Positions 34,796 through 44,131 of a stretch of DNA of 64,000 bases are shown piece after piece; position 1 is the stretch's first letter; each line of letters opens with the position of its first letter. This DNA is from Candidatus Caldarchaeum sp. (GTDB lineage: Archaea; Thermoproteota; Nitrososphaeria_A; Caldarchaeales; Caldarchaeaceae): assembly GCA_038885755.1 (NCBI GenBank), contig JAVZZH010000001.1, positions 224,001-288,000 on the forward strand. The letters run 5' to 3'. The translations under genes were made by a program, and so were the position numbers. The notes under the pieces were generated by a model. It saw only the letters and a list, made by a program, of their open reading frames with translations, was not told where the DNA came from and ran no database searches.

Positions 34796-35785
34796 TTATG
34801 TGTTTCGATGGGTTGTGGGTTTTGTTTCCAGCAGCCGAGGAGGCTCGAAGCCTTCAGCTTTGGCTGCGCTGACCCAGTACCGGCTTACCGTCTCCTGTAT
34901 GTGGTTGATTGCTTGTTGCTGGCGGTGGGGGGTGAAAAGATGTCTGTATCGACCCTGAACCCTCAAGTATTCTTCCACGGGCTTGAGCGCTCGAGGCACG
35001 ACCGTGTGGCGCACCACTCCATGCACTGCTTCCTTCAAAGGCCACACCCCGGTGTCGACAGCCAGCCTTGAAACCTTTACAGCTTCTGAGGAGTCGAACC
35101 CCCAGCCTGTCGGGCAGGGAGCTAGAGAGATGAAAAGCTTGGGGCCCCTGAGCCTCGAAGCTTTCTCAACCTTTCTCAGCATGTCGACAACGTGTGAGGG
35201 AGCCAGCGTTGCGACGTAGGGCGGTTTGTGGCTTCTCCAGATCTCGAACAAGTCTTTCTTGACGCCGGTGTAGCCTGCTGGGTTGAGGCTGGTTGGAGGC
35301 GTTGTAGAGGTCGAGGAACCATAGGGGGTTGCGCCGCTTTTCTGGAAGCCTGTGTTGCCGTAGGACTCGTTGTCGTAAACGAGGTAGTAGAAGTCGAGAC
35401 CTCTCTCGATGGCGCCGGAAGACGACTGCAGCCCTATGTCGTAGGCAGCTCCGTCGCCGGTCAGAACGACGACCTGCATCCTCTCACCCGGACTCAACCT
35501 GCCCTTCGCAATCAGGATGTCGAACGCATCGCTTATTCCCTGAGCTCCGGCGGGAGCCGACGCGAACGCCGTGTACATCCAGCTGGACTTGAGCGGAGTA
35601 TATGGGTAGACCTGCATCAGAGTCAGGCATCCCGCCGCGTTCACGAAGACAACGTTCCCGCCGAGGGCTTTGTGGAAGACCCTCAGAACCAGCATGGCGC
35701 CGCAGCCGGCGCACATGGGCGATCCCGGTGAAAGATACTCTTCGACGGGAAACTCTCTCAAAGTCTTGAACTTGGTCTCCATCAT
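34796..35785 (-). CDS. porB: pyruvate/2-oxoacid:ferredoxin oxidoreductase beta subunit
   Basis: CAGCG, TPP-binding GDG...YDNESYGNTG and PCPTGW motifs. Confidence 0.93.
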   Translation of the reverse strand: MMETKFKTLREFPVEEYLSPGSPMCAGCGAMLVLRVFHKALGGNVVFVNAAGCLTLMQVYPYTPLKSSWMYTAFASAPAGAQGISDAFDILIAKGRLSPGERMQVVVLTGDGAAYDIGLQSSSGAIERGLDFYYLVYDNESYGNTGFQKSGATPYGSSTSTTPPTSLNPAGYTGVKKDLFEIWRSHKPPYVATLAPSHVVDMLRKVEKASRLRGPKLFISLAPCPTGWGFDSSEAVKVSRLAVDTGVWPLKEAVHGVVRHTVVPRALKPVEEYLRVQGRYRHLFTPHRQQQAINHIQETVSRYWVSAAKAEGFEPPRLLETKPTTHRNT

Positions 35786-37008
35786 TCATCACCCCCGCCC
35801 GCAAGCTGGAAAGCTCTTTGAAAGTCTCTGAGCTCGTCTTCACGGAAGAGGAACAAAGGCTTGTCGACCTCCGGTCCGTCTCCTCGTGCAAGCAGCCTGA
35901 AAACGTGTTCAAACTCCTCCTCCGTCACGTATTTCCCGCCCACTCCGCCTATCACTGACATTATTCTCTCCGGCCTGTTTCTGGCGTGGATGAGCGCCGC
36001 AGCTGTCTCGTTGTAGATTATTCCTCCGAGGCCGGGGGAGATGTTTTGGTCGAACACAGCCACAGCCCTCCTGCTCCTCAACACTTCCTCGAGCTTTTTC
36101 CCCGGGAACGGTCGGAGCATGACGATTTTAGCGAGGCCGGCCGCCACTCCTCTCTCCCTCAACTTCATGACGGCTCTCCTAGCGATTGTCGTGAACGAGT
36201 TCGTCATCACGAGGACATATTCGGCGTCGTCGAGCATATACCCCTCAACCGCCTCGACACGCCTGCCGCAAATCTTCTCGAACTTTTCAGAAGCCTCTTC
36301 AAAGACTCGACTAGCTCTGACCATCGACTCGTGTATGTTGTGCTTGAAGTATGTGTAGATGTGTCCCCCGAACACGGCGGCTCCCTTTACGACGTGTTTC
36401 TCAGCTCGGAAGGGCCGGGGGTTTGTGTAAGGCGGTAAGAACTCAGCGACATCCTCCTCGGACGGGAGATGCACTGCTTCACGGGTGAACGAGAGGTAGA
36501 AACCATCCATGTTTACGATCGAGGGCAGCAAGACCCTTCTGTCCTCGGAGACGCGGTAGGCTAGAAGGATCAAGTCGAGCACGTCCTGACAACGTTCGGC
36601 GTGAAACTGCAAGAACCCGCTGTCCCTCGCAGCCAGTACGTCGTTGTGGTCGGGCTCGAGCGTGATGGGAGCGGCTAAAGCCCTCGAGACGTTAACTAGA
36701 ACTATCGGAGCCCTCCATCCAGATATGTTGTACAGCATCTCAAACCCGTAGAGAAGACCTTGGCTCGACGTTGACGTGAACACCCTCGCGCCTGTCAGCG
36801 AGGCTGTTCCGGCGGCTGTGAGCATCGAGTGCTCCGACTCGAGCTGCACCAGCTTCGCCCTCATCAAGCCTTGGCTTATCCATTTGGCGAGCGTCTCGAT
36901 GATCTCGGTCTGCGGGGTTATGGGGTACGCCGGAATGTAGTCGACGTCTGCGAGTCTCGCCGCCCACGCAGCCGCTGTGTTCCCGGTCATCAAGTCGTAT
37001 TCACGCAT
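35782..37008 (-). CDS. porA: pyruvate/2-oxoacid:ferredoxin oxidoreductase alpha subunit
   Basis: GN.AAA, AYPITPQT, ESEHS and TSSQGL motifs. Confidence 0.94.
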   Translation of the reverse strand: MREYDLMTGNTAAAWAARLADVDYIPAYPITPQTEIIETLAKWISQGLMRAKLVQLESEHSMLTAAGTASLTGARVFTSTSSQGLLYGFEMLYNISGWRAPIVLVNVSRALAAPITLEPDHNDVLAARDSGFLQFHAERCQDVLDLILLAYRVSEDRRVLLPSIVNMDGFYLSFTREAVHLPSEEDVAEFLPPYTNPRPFRAEKHVVKGAAVFGGHIYTYFKHNIHESMVRASRVFEEASEKFEKICGRRVEAVEGYMLDDAEYVLVMTNSFTTIARRAVMKLRERGVAAGLAKIVMLRPFPGKKLEEVLRSRRAVAVFDQNISPGLGGIIYNETAAALIHARNRPERIMSVIGGVGGKYVTEEEFEHVFRLLARGDGPEVDKPLFLFREDELRDFQRAFQLAGGGDE

Positions 37009-37888
37009 AAGCCCTCACCTCCTTCACGGCTGAGATAGCCTTCAGCGGGCACTCCTTCAAGCATATCAGGCAGCCCTTGCAGTTTTCGTAGTCGACCACA
37101 GGCCTGCCCTCAGCGTCTAGGACGATGGCTGAGTCGGGGCAGTAGACGAAGCAAACCATGCATCCTGTACACTTGCTGTAGTCTACGACCGGCCTGAAAA
37201 CTCTCCAGTTTCCAGTTCTCCTTAAGTAGGAATTACCCGTCCTAGTTATGTCGCCCGAGACAACAGCTTCAGAAGAAAGGCTGGCGAGAACGACAGGCCT
37301 CCTATACTCCTCGTCAAAGCTCACCGGATGACGAGGTATCTTTTCAAATACTTCTGAGACGAGCTTGAGGTTCTTCTCCAGCATCTCCCCGCCGAGGCCC
37401 AGCTCCGCCAGCTCCTCGGAAGCAGCCTCCAAAACATGCCTTTTCCTAATCAACCCAGATATCTTCGCAGCTGTTGCGGCGGCTGGAGCGCTTATCACAG
37501 GCCTGCCGATGGTCTTCAACGCCTCGTCTGTCAAGCTGTACCTCAAGACGGTGTACCCATCCCGCGACGACTCGGAAGCTTCGGACGCCGCCGTGTTTAT
37601 GAAAGCGACGCCGCCTCTCTGAAGCCCTTCCAGAGGCCTAGCCTGCCTGTCTTCGATGAGTGTCTCATCCATCACGACGACTATGTGTGGGTGGAAGATA
37701 TACCCCCTTTCAAGGATGGGCCCGTGCGATATCCGGGTGAAGGCGGCGACCGGGGCCCCCCTTCTCTCGGCGCCGTAGATGGGCGAGTCCTGAGCAAAGT
37801 AGCCAGCTAGGAAGGCAGCTCGGCCGAGAATACGGCTGCTCGTCTTAACCCCCTGCCCGCCTCTTCCGTGAAACCTAACCCTAAGCAA
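37001..37888 (-). CDS. 2-oxoacid:ferredoxin oxidoreductase gamma-delta fusion
   Basis: RFHGRGGQG and YGAERRGAP (gamma); TGNWR..RP with CTGCMVC...CP and CKGCLIC..ECP (delta ferredoxin). Confidence 0.93.
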   Translation of the reverse strand: MLRVRFHGRGGQGVKTSSRILGRAAFLAGYFAQDSPIYGAERRGAPVAAFTRISHGPILERGYIFHPHIVVVMDETLIEDRQARPLEGLQRGGVAFINTAASEASESSRDGYTVLRYSLTDEALKTIGRPVISAPAAATAAKISGLIRKRHVLEAASEELAELGLGGEMLEKNLKLVSEVFEKIPRHPVSFDEEYRRPVVLASLSSEAVVSGDITRTGNSYLRRTGNWRVFRPVVDYSKCTGCMVCFVYCPDSAIVLDAEGRPVVDYENCKGCLICLKECPLKAISAVKEVRAYA

Positions 37889-37975
37889 GGGGGTTCCCTA
37901 CTGTATATACTTCGGCTGCTGAATATATTTGTTTTGATGGCTTGCATTTAAAAACACGCCGGACAACGGGTTGGC

Positions 37976-40102
37976 GTGAGCGGGCTGGATCTTTTCTTCA
38001 ACCCGGGTTCCGTGGCGGTGGCGGGGGTGTCGAGGGACGAGTCTAAGATAGGGCGTGTGATATATGAAAGGCTGCTGGAGAACAAGCGTTCCGGCCTCCT
38101 CAAAGCCGACCTCTACCCTGTCAGCGATTCGGGTGGAGAGGTCCGCGGCGCGAGGGTTTACCGTTCTCTCGACGAGATAGGGAGAGGGGTTGACTTGGTC
38201 GTCGTAGCCGTCCCAGCCGCCGCGGTTCCCGATTTGATCTTGGACGCTGGAAGATGCGGGGCTAGGGCTGCGGTCTTGGTCAGCGGAGGGTTCTCGGAGG
38301 CGGGCAACCACGATCTAGACAGAAGGCTTAGAGAAGCCGTCGCCGTATCGGGGGTTAGAGTCATGGGCCCCAACACCGTCGGAGTCCTAGATCCTTACAC
38401 GGGCGTGGAAACTTTCTTCACAAAGCCCGTCAAGCCTTTCTCAGACGGGAGGCAGGCCCGAACCATCACCTACCCTCCACGTGGAAGCGTGGCCGTCGTG
38501 TCCCAGAGCGGTGCTCTAGCCTACTTCATCATAGACTCTCTCGGGGAGAGGAACGCCGGGCTCAGGGCGGCGGCCTGCGTCGGCAACCAAATCGACGTGA
38601 AAATCGCTGAGCTTGTCGGCTACTTTGCTGAGGACAGGCTGACCAAGGTCGTGGCCGTCTACGTGGAGGGGCTTGACGACGGGCGAGAGTTCCTCAACAT
38701 GGTTTTGAGAGCTAGGAGGGCGGGAAAGCAAGTTGTGGTGCTTAAGGCCGGCAGGACGGCGGCGGGCGGTAGAGCCGCTTACACGCACACAGCCAGCATG
38801 GTGGGAGAATGGGACGTCTACTACGGGGCCTTCCGTCAAGCGGGAGCCATCGTAGTAGACAACGTAAGGGAGTTGGTCGACGTCGCCTTCACCGCGAGCA
38901 TTCAGAGACCTCCGAAGAACAGGAAGGCTTTCGTGCTGTCGAACGCCGGAGGATTCTCGGTGATGGCCTCCGACTTCGCGGCGATGGGCGGGCTGGAGCT
39001 TCCACCTCTTCCGGATGATGTCGTCGAAAGGTTGGAGCATCTCAAGCAGTCCGGCATCCTGCCAGCCATAGTCGTGCCCAGCAACCCACTCGACCTGAGC
39101 GGAAGCGCCACCCCCCAAGCCTTCGAAGAAGCCTGCAAAGCCTTGTCCGGAGAATTCGGCATCCATCTCCTCATGCCCTTCCACCTGCCTCCAGCCATGG
39201 ACGACACGGTCGTCGACAGGCTTTCGAACTTGGCTGCGGCGAGCGGGGCTACGGTGGTGGCCTGCGATGCAGGCGGGTCTGAGTGGGCTTTGAGGATACG
39301 ACGAATGTTCGTGGAGAGGGGGGTGCCTGCGTTGAGCAGCGTCGAGGAGGCTGTAAGAGCCCTGTGTCTCTACGCCCAGGCTTACACACCTTCTAGGGCA
39401 GGTTTTCCATCATTCCGGATGAGGGAGGGTGAAGTTTCACCCATCCCCCGAGCTGAGCTGCGTGGGCTTCTGCGGAGGTATGGGTTGGAGACGGCTATGG
39501 AGGAGGTGGTTTTCGACGAAGCTGAAGCTGTCGAGGCAGCTATGAGGATAGGGTTCCCGGTTGTGATGAAGGTTGCTTCCGACAGGCTTCCCCACAAGAC
39601 CGACGTCGGGGGAGTTGTTGTTGGAGTAGAATCGGCTGAGGCTGCTGCGAAGGCGTTTGAAAGGCTTAACGGTGTTGCTCACAGGCTCGGCGTCGGAGAC
39701 GACGGCGTCGTCGTCCAGGAAACCGTCAAAGGTGTCGAGCTTCTTCTAGGAGCGAAGACCGACAGGGTCTTCGGCCCCGTCGCGACGGTGGGGGTGGGCG
39801 GCGTCTTCACGGAGCTCGTGAGGGATTTCATCACTTTCGTATCGCCTGTGGACGAGGAGGAGGCGGGCATGATGCTTGCGATGCTCAGGTCGTCGAGGCT
39901 CCTAGCCGGCTTCAGGAACCTACCGCCCGCAGACCCCGATCATCTCAAGAGAGCCATAGCCAGCTTTTCGAGAATCCTTTACGACAACCCGTCCATCCAC
40001 CAGCTTGAGATAAACCCTTTAATGGTTTTCGGCAGCACTATAAAAGCCGTCGACTTCAGAGGCCTCAGAACAGCGGCGGCCCCCGAGCCGACCAACATTT
40101 AA
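37976..40102 (+). CDS. ADP-forming acyl-CoA synthetase (acetate--CoA ligase), fused alpha-beta
   Basis: P.SVAV.G.S, GPNTVG, SQSGA, HTASM phospho-His, HKTDVGGV and EINPL motifs. Confidence 0.93.
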   Translation: MSGLDLFFNPGSVAVAGVSRDESKIGRVIYERLLENKRSGLLKADLYPVSDSGGEVRGARVYRSLDEIGRGVDLVVVAVPAAAVPDLILDAGRCGARAAVLVSGGFSEAGNHDLDRRLREAVAVSGVRVMGPNTVGVLDPYTGVETFFTKPVKPFSDGRQARTITYPPRGSVAVVSQSGALAYFIIDSLGERNAGLRAAACVGNQIDVKIAELVGYFAEDRLTKVVAVYVEGLDDGREFLNMVLRARRAGKQVVVLKAGRTAAGGRAAYTHTASMVGEWDVYYGAFRQAGAIVVDNVRELVDVAFTASIQRPPKNRKAFVLSNAGGFSVMASDFAAMGGLELPPLPDDVVERLEHLKQSGILPAIVVPSNPLDLSGSATPQAFEEACKALSGEFGIHLLMPFHLPPAMDDTVVDRLSNLAAASGATVVACDAGGSEWALRIRRMFVERGVPALSSVEEAVRALCLYAQAYTPSRAGFPSFRMREGEVSPIPRAELRGLLRRYGLETAMEEVVFDEAEAVEAAMRIGFPVVMKVASDRLPHKTDVGGVVVGVESAEAAAKAFERLNGVAHRLGVGDDGVVVQETVKGVELLLGAKTDRVFGPVATVGVGGVFTELVRDFITFVSPVDEEEAGMMLAMLRSSRLLAGFRNLPPADPDHLKRAIASFSRILYDNPSIHQLEINPLMVFGSTIKAVDFRGLRTAAAPEPTNI

Positions 40103-40133
40103 AAACAACAACCTGCACACCATACCCGCAGGC

Positions 40134-40209
40134 GGGGCCGTGGTCTAGCATGGTCTAAGACTCCAGCCTGGGGCGCTGGCAATCCTGGGTTCAAATCCCA
40201 GCGGCCCCA
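40134..40209 (+). tRNA. tRNA-Pro(GGG)
   Basis: GGGGCCGTGGTCTAG...CCAGC-CTGGGGC-GCTGG...GGTTCAAATCCCAGCGGCCCCA; TTTAAAAA promoter at 40098-40105. Confidence 0.95.
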
Positions 40210-40262
40210 TCCCGGATGGATTTAATAATCACAGGTCTGCACGACGTCCTGAAAACAGTCAC

Positions 40263-41117
40263 ATGGCGAGCGGCTTCACCGTCGAGATAGCTTTCGACAT
40301 TCCCCGACTAGAGGAGAAGATGCTTGCGAAGACGGCTGCGGCGAAAGGGTTCGGCGTCAAGCTGACAAACGTCAAGCAGGTTTCTTTCGGGTTTGAACGG
40401 CCCTCGGTCGACGTCAGCTTGATTAGATGCGTCTCGATGTACGGAGCGGTTCACACAGCCGCCATACGCGAGGGAGCGGGCGTGAGAGCAGTAAACTCGT
40501 CGTCCGCCATCCTATACTCAGGCGACAAGATTCTCACGGTTTCGAGGCTTAAGATGGCTGGACTGCCTGTTCCCCGGACCGCGGTTGGACTGAACTCCGA
40601 GGCCGCGAAGAAGGCTTTGGAGAAGGTGGGGTTGCCTGCCGTGGACAAGCCGCCGATAGGTAGCTGGGGACGTCTTGTAGCGTTGGTGAAGGACCCTGAA
40701 GACTTCAAGATCGTCCTAGAGCACAGGGAGATGTTGTCAAGCAGCTACATGAAGACCCATCTCATACAGGAATACATAAACCTGCCAAACAGGGACATCA
40801 GAACGCTCATAATCGGCGACGACGTTGTGGGCGCCATCTACAGATACAGGTCTTCGAACGACTGGAGGACGAACATAGCCCTAGGCGGAGAGCCTTCTCC
40901 GGCCTTCCTCAACGACGACCTGATAGAGATCAGTTTGAGGGCGGCCAAGGCTGTGGGCGGTGAGTTTGTGAGCGTGGACATCTTCGAGACCGTGGACGGA
41001 AGCTATCTGGTGAACGAGGTTAACGGCGTCCCGGAATTCAAGGGCCTGATGCGCGCCACCTCAGCAGACATACCTGAGAAGGTCATGACCTACCTCTTCA
41101 AGTCCTCGAGACGCTGA
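40263..41117 (+). CDS. lysX: LysX/ArgX-type ATP-grasp ligase (RimK family)
   Basis: R.EEK, KP..GSWGRLV, EHRE, RDIR, WRTN.ALGG and NEVN.VPEF motifs. Confidence 0.85.
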   Translation: MASGFTVEIAFDIPRLEEKMLAKTAAAKGFGVKLTNVKQVSFGFERPSVDVSLIRCVSMYGAVHTAAIREGAGVRAVNSSSAILYSGDKILTVSRLKMAGLPVPRTAVGLNSEAAKKALEKVGLPAVDKPPIGSWGRLVALVKDPEDFKIVLEHREMLSSSYMKTHLIQEYINLPNRDIRTLIIGDDVVGAIYRYRSSNDWRTNIALGGEPSPAFLNDDLIEISLRAAKAVGGEFVSVDIFETVDGSYLVNEVNGVPEFKGLMRATSADIPEKVMTYLFKSSRR

Positions 41118-41616
41118 CCTGCTTCAAACACGGCCCGCAGAAGCTTTCACTCTTCATGTCGACTTGCTGAACGTCGTTGCTGAAGTTCATCACGCATCCC
41201 GGAGTAGTGCAGTGAGAAAGCCCGAGGACATGACCAACCTCGTGAACAGCCTCCTTCAAGACTCGCGAAACGTAAAGCTCTTCGTCGAGCTCTGCCGAAG
41301 GCCTCAGCCTGTAGGTGGAGACGACCGCTGCCTTCCCCGGAGCGTATCCGAACACGTAGTTCAGCCCTTGGACATACAGGTCTCTGCCTGTGATGACAAG
41401 CGTGTAGTCCTCGACACGCCCTAGCTTCGCAAGCAGGTGGACGGCGTTGTACTGTCCTCTGGACGGGTTGTAGGAGGACTCCGCGTCTAGCTGTTCAACC
41501 ACGCGGACGACGACGTCAAACCCGAAGACCTTCTCCAGCTTCTGCTTCAATAACCCAGCCAGATAACCTTCCTCCTTCTCGAGAATAAGAACCAAACGCA
41601 TAATACCGAGATCCAT
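41098..41616 (-). CDS. amzA: archaemetzincin zinc metalloprotease
   Basis: RGQY, NYVFG and KEAVHEVGHVLGLSHC...CVM.FSN...VD.K...FC..C motifs. Confidence 0.92.
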   Translation of the reverse strand: MDLGIMRLVLILEKEEGYLAGLLKQKLEKVFGFDVVVRVVEQLDAESSYNPSRGQYNAVHLLAKLGRVEDYTLVITGRDLYVQGLNYVFGYAPGKAAVVSTYRLRPSAELDEELYVSRVLKEAVHEVGHVLGLSHCTTPGCVMNFSNDVQQVDMKSESFCGPCLKQVSVSRT

Positions 41617-41627
41617 TTCCTCGCTGC

Positions 41628-42215
41628 GTGATAATATGGATTTCGGGCTCCCCCGGAGTGGGCAAGACAACCGTCGGCAGGATGGTGGCGGCCAAGCTCG
41701 GGTACGACTTCGTCGACGTCCCCAGCCTAATTAGGGGGGAGAAGCTTGTAGAGTCTTTTGACGAGGTTAGGCAGGCGTGGACGGTCGACCCCGAAGCTCT
41801 GTCGAAGCACCTCGTCCGAAGTATTGTCGATGACTGTGTGCTGGCCAGCCACATAGTTCTTCCTCTGAAAAAGCGCAGGGCTAAATGCATAGTCCTCAGG
41901 CTTAACCCGTTAGTTTTGAAGAGAAGGCTTGAGAGGAGGGGCTACAGCCTCAAAAAGGTATCTGAGAACGTCGAGGCAGAGTTTGTCGGAGTGGTTTACC
42001 ACGAAGCTGTCGCAGCTCTGGGCTGGAGGAGGGTCTACCAGCTGGACACGACAGGCATGGGCGTCAAAGCCACAGCCGGTAAATGTCTAAAGGTTTTGGA
42101 CGGCGTCCACGGCGGCGACGAAGTCGACTGGCTCTCCTCTCTCCCTGAAAACCAGCTCGAGAAACTACTAAGCTTCCTCGCCAGATACAGACGAGTAGAC
42201 TTTTTTAACCACTAG
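41628..42215 (+). CDS. adenylate kinase/ATPase, AK6/Fap7 type
   Basis: ISGSPGVGKT, SH and L..RL..RGY..KKV.ENV.AE motifs. Confidence 0.9.
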   Translation: MIIWISGSPGVGKTTVGRMVAAKLGYDFVDVPSLIRGEKLVESFDEVRQAWTVDPEALSKHLVRSIVDDCVLASHIVLPLKKRRAKCIVLRLNPLVLKRRLERRGYSLKKVSENVEAEFVGVVYHEAVAALGWRRVYQLDTTGMGVKATAGKCLKVLDGVHGGDEVDWLSSLPENQLEKLLSFLARYRRVDFFNH

Positions 42216-42258
42216 GTCGCTTGACCATATCAGTAGTGGTTTTTGAACGCTGCGGAAG

Positions 42259-44055
42259 GTGTCTGGGATGGTGTCCGACCACAGAGTGGCTGTGTTAGAC
42301 AGAGACCTTTGCGACTCGAAGAAGTGCGGGAACTGGCCCTGCATCACCTACTGCCCTCCCGTCAGGAACAAGATAGAGGCCATCAAGATGGGTGATGACG
42401 GATTCCCCATAATCAGCGAAACTCTGTGCATAAGCTGCGGCATATGCGTCAGGAAGTGTCCTTTCGAAGCCATCACGATCATCAACCTGCCCTCCGAGCT
42501 CCGTGAAAGCGTCGTACACCACTACGGAGTCAACAGCTTCAAGCTCTTCCGCCTCCCATACCCTAGGAAGGGAGCCGTTGTCGGTCTTCTGGGCAAGAAC
42601 GGCATCGGCAAGTCGACGGCCATCAAGATCTTGAGCGGACAGCTTGTTCCAAACTTCGGCGACCTCGAGAGGAAGCCGAGTTGGGAGGACGCGGTTAAGT
42701 TTCTACGAGCATCGCTCGTAAAGGACCATCTGGCCCAGCTTGCGAAAGGAGGGCTGAAGATCTCCTACAAGCCTCAGAACATCGTCGACATTCCCAAAGT
42801 CGTCAAAGGAACGGTTAGAACCGTCTTGGAGAAGCTCTCGACACCCGAGGAAGCAGCTAGGATTATGGAGGCTCTAGAGCTGGACACGGTTGCGGACAGA
42901 CAGGTGGAGCATTTGAGCGGGGGAGAGCTTCAGCGTCTCGCTGTAGCGGCATGCCTCCTCAGGAAAGCCGACATGTACGTTCTCGACGAGCCGTCCAGCT
43001 TCCTCGACATAAGGCAGAGGCTGCGGCTTGTTGAAGCCGTCAGGGAGGCTGTGCGCGGGGATGTGAAGGCCTTGGTGGCTGACCACGACCTAGCGGTGCT
43101 TGACTACTTGTCGGACATGGTCTTCATCTTCTACGGAGAGCCCTCCGTCTACGGGGTTGTCGCAGGTCCATACGGCGTGCGTGAGGGGATAAACATTTTC
43201 ATCGAGGGATACATACCGGACGAGAACGTCAGGTTCCGGGACGAGCGGATAGACTTTCAGGTAAAGCCTCCTACGAGGGAAGCCGAGGCGGATGTAAGCC
43301 GGATTACATGGCCTTCGATGACCAAGACGTTTCCGGGTTTCAGGCTTCGCGTGGACGAGGGATGGATCAAGAGAGGCGAGGTGGTTGGAATAATGGGGCC
43401 CAACGGCATCGGCAAGACTACGTTCGCCTCCATCGTGGCGGGAAGGCTCGAGACCGACGAGGGTTTCAGCTTCGACCCCAAGCCCGTCAGCTACAAGCCG
43501 CAGCATCCCCAGCCAGAGGACAAGACGGTCGAGGAGTTTTTGAGGGAAGCCTGTCCAGACATCGAATCCTCCTACTACCAGTCAACAATCGTAAAGCCTT
43601 TCGGGCTGGACAAGCTGCTCAGCAAAAACCTGCTCGAGCTAAGCGGTGGAGAGCTCCAGAAGGTTGTGGTTGCCCAAGCTTTGTCGAGGAAGGCCGACAT
43701 CTTCGTCCTTGACGAGCCGAGCGCCTTCCTAGACGTTGAGGAGAGGTATCACATGGCTAGGCTGCTCAAGAGGATGGCTCTTGAGCGGGGCGTCTACGTA
43801 CTTCTGATAGAGCATGACTTCACCGTCCTCGACTTCGCCTCTTCAGCCATCATGGTTTTTGACGGCACGCCTGGCGTTAACGGGCACGGTAATGCTCCGA
43901 CAGACCTCCGGACAGGCTTCAACCAATTCCTCAAATCCATGGAAGTGACTTTCAGGCGGGACCAAGAAACCAAACGCCCTCGGATAAACAAAAGAGACTC
44001 CCAGCTCGACCGTCTGCAGAAAGCCTCAGGCGAATACTACTATGCAGCGGTCTAA
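42259..44055 (+). CDS. rli: ribosome recycling ATPase ABCE1/Rli1
   Basis: N-terminal Fe-S cysteines, two ABC domains (GKNGIGKS, GPNGIGKT, LSGGELQ twice), TFRRD...RPRINK..S..D..QK..G.YY. Confidence 0.97.
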   Translation: MSGMVSDHRVAVLDRDLCDSKKCGNWPCITYCPPVRNKIEAIKMGDDGFPIISETLCISCGICVRKCPFEAITIINLPSELRESVVHHYGVNSFKLFRLPYPRKGAVVGLLGKNGIGKSTAIKILSGQLVPNFGDLERKPSWEDAVKFLRASLVKDHLAQLAKGGLKISYKPQNIVDIPKVVKGTVRTVLEKLSTPEEAARIMEALELDTVADRQVEHLSGGELQRLAVAACLLRKADMYVLDEPSSFLDIRQRLRLVEAVREAVRGDVKALVADHDLAVLDYLSDMVFIFYGEPSVYGVVAGPYGVREGINIFIEGYIPDENVRFRDERIDFQVKPPTREAEADVSRITWPSMTKTFPGFRLRVDEGWIKRGEVVGIMGPNGIGKTTFASIVAGRLETDEGFSFDPKPVSYKPQHPQPEDKTVEEFLREACPDIESSYYQSTIVKPFGLDKLLSKNLLELSGGELQKVVVAQALSRKADIFVLDEPSAFLDVEERYHMARLLKRMALERGVYVLLIEHDFTVLDFASSAIMVFDGTPGVNGHGNAPTDLRTGFNQFLKSMEVTFRRDQETKRPRINKRDSQLDRLQKASGEYYYAAV

Positions 44056-44131
44056 AAACCTTAACATATTTTTACCACCCCTCAGTATGGGCAAAGTTTT
44101 ATACCTGCCGATTAGTGGTTGAAACTAGGCT

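Noticed and set aside
28000-34800. Intact provirus or integrative element at tRNA-Lys
   Set aside because: No integrase, no duplicated tRNA 3' end (att) found and no viral hallmark genes.
37001-40102. Gamma-delta OFOR fusion and fused alpha-beta acyl-CoA synthetase as novelties
   Set aside because: Both fusions are well known in archaea and bacteria.
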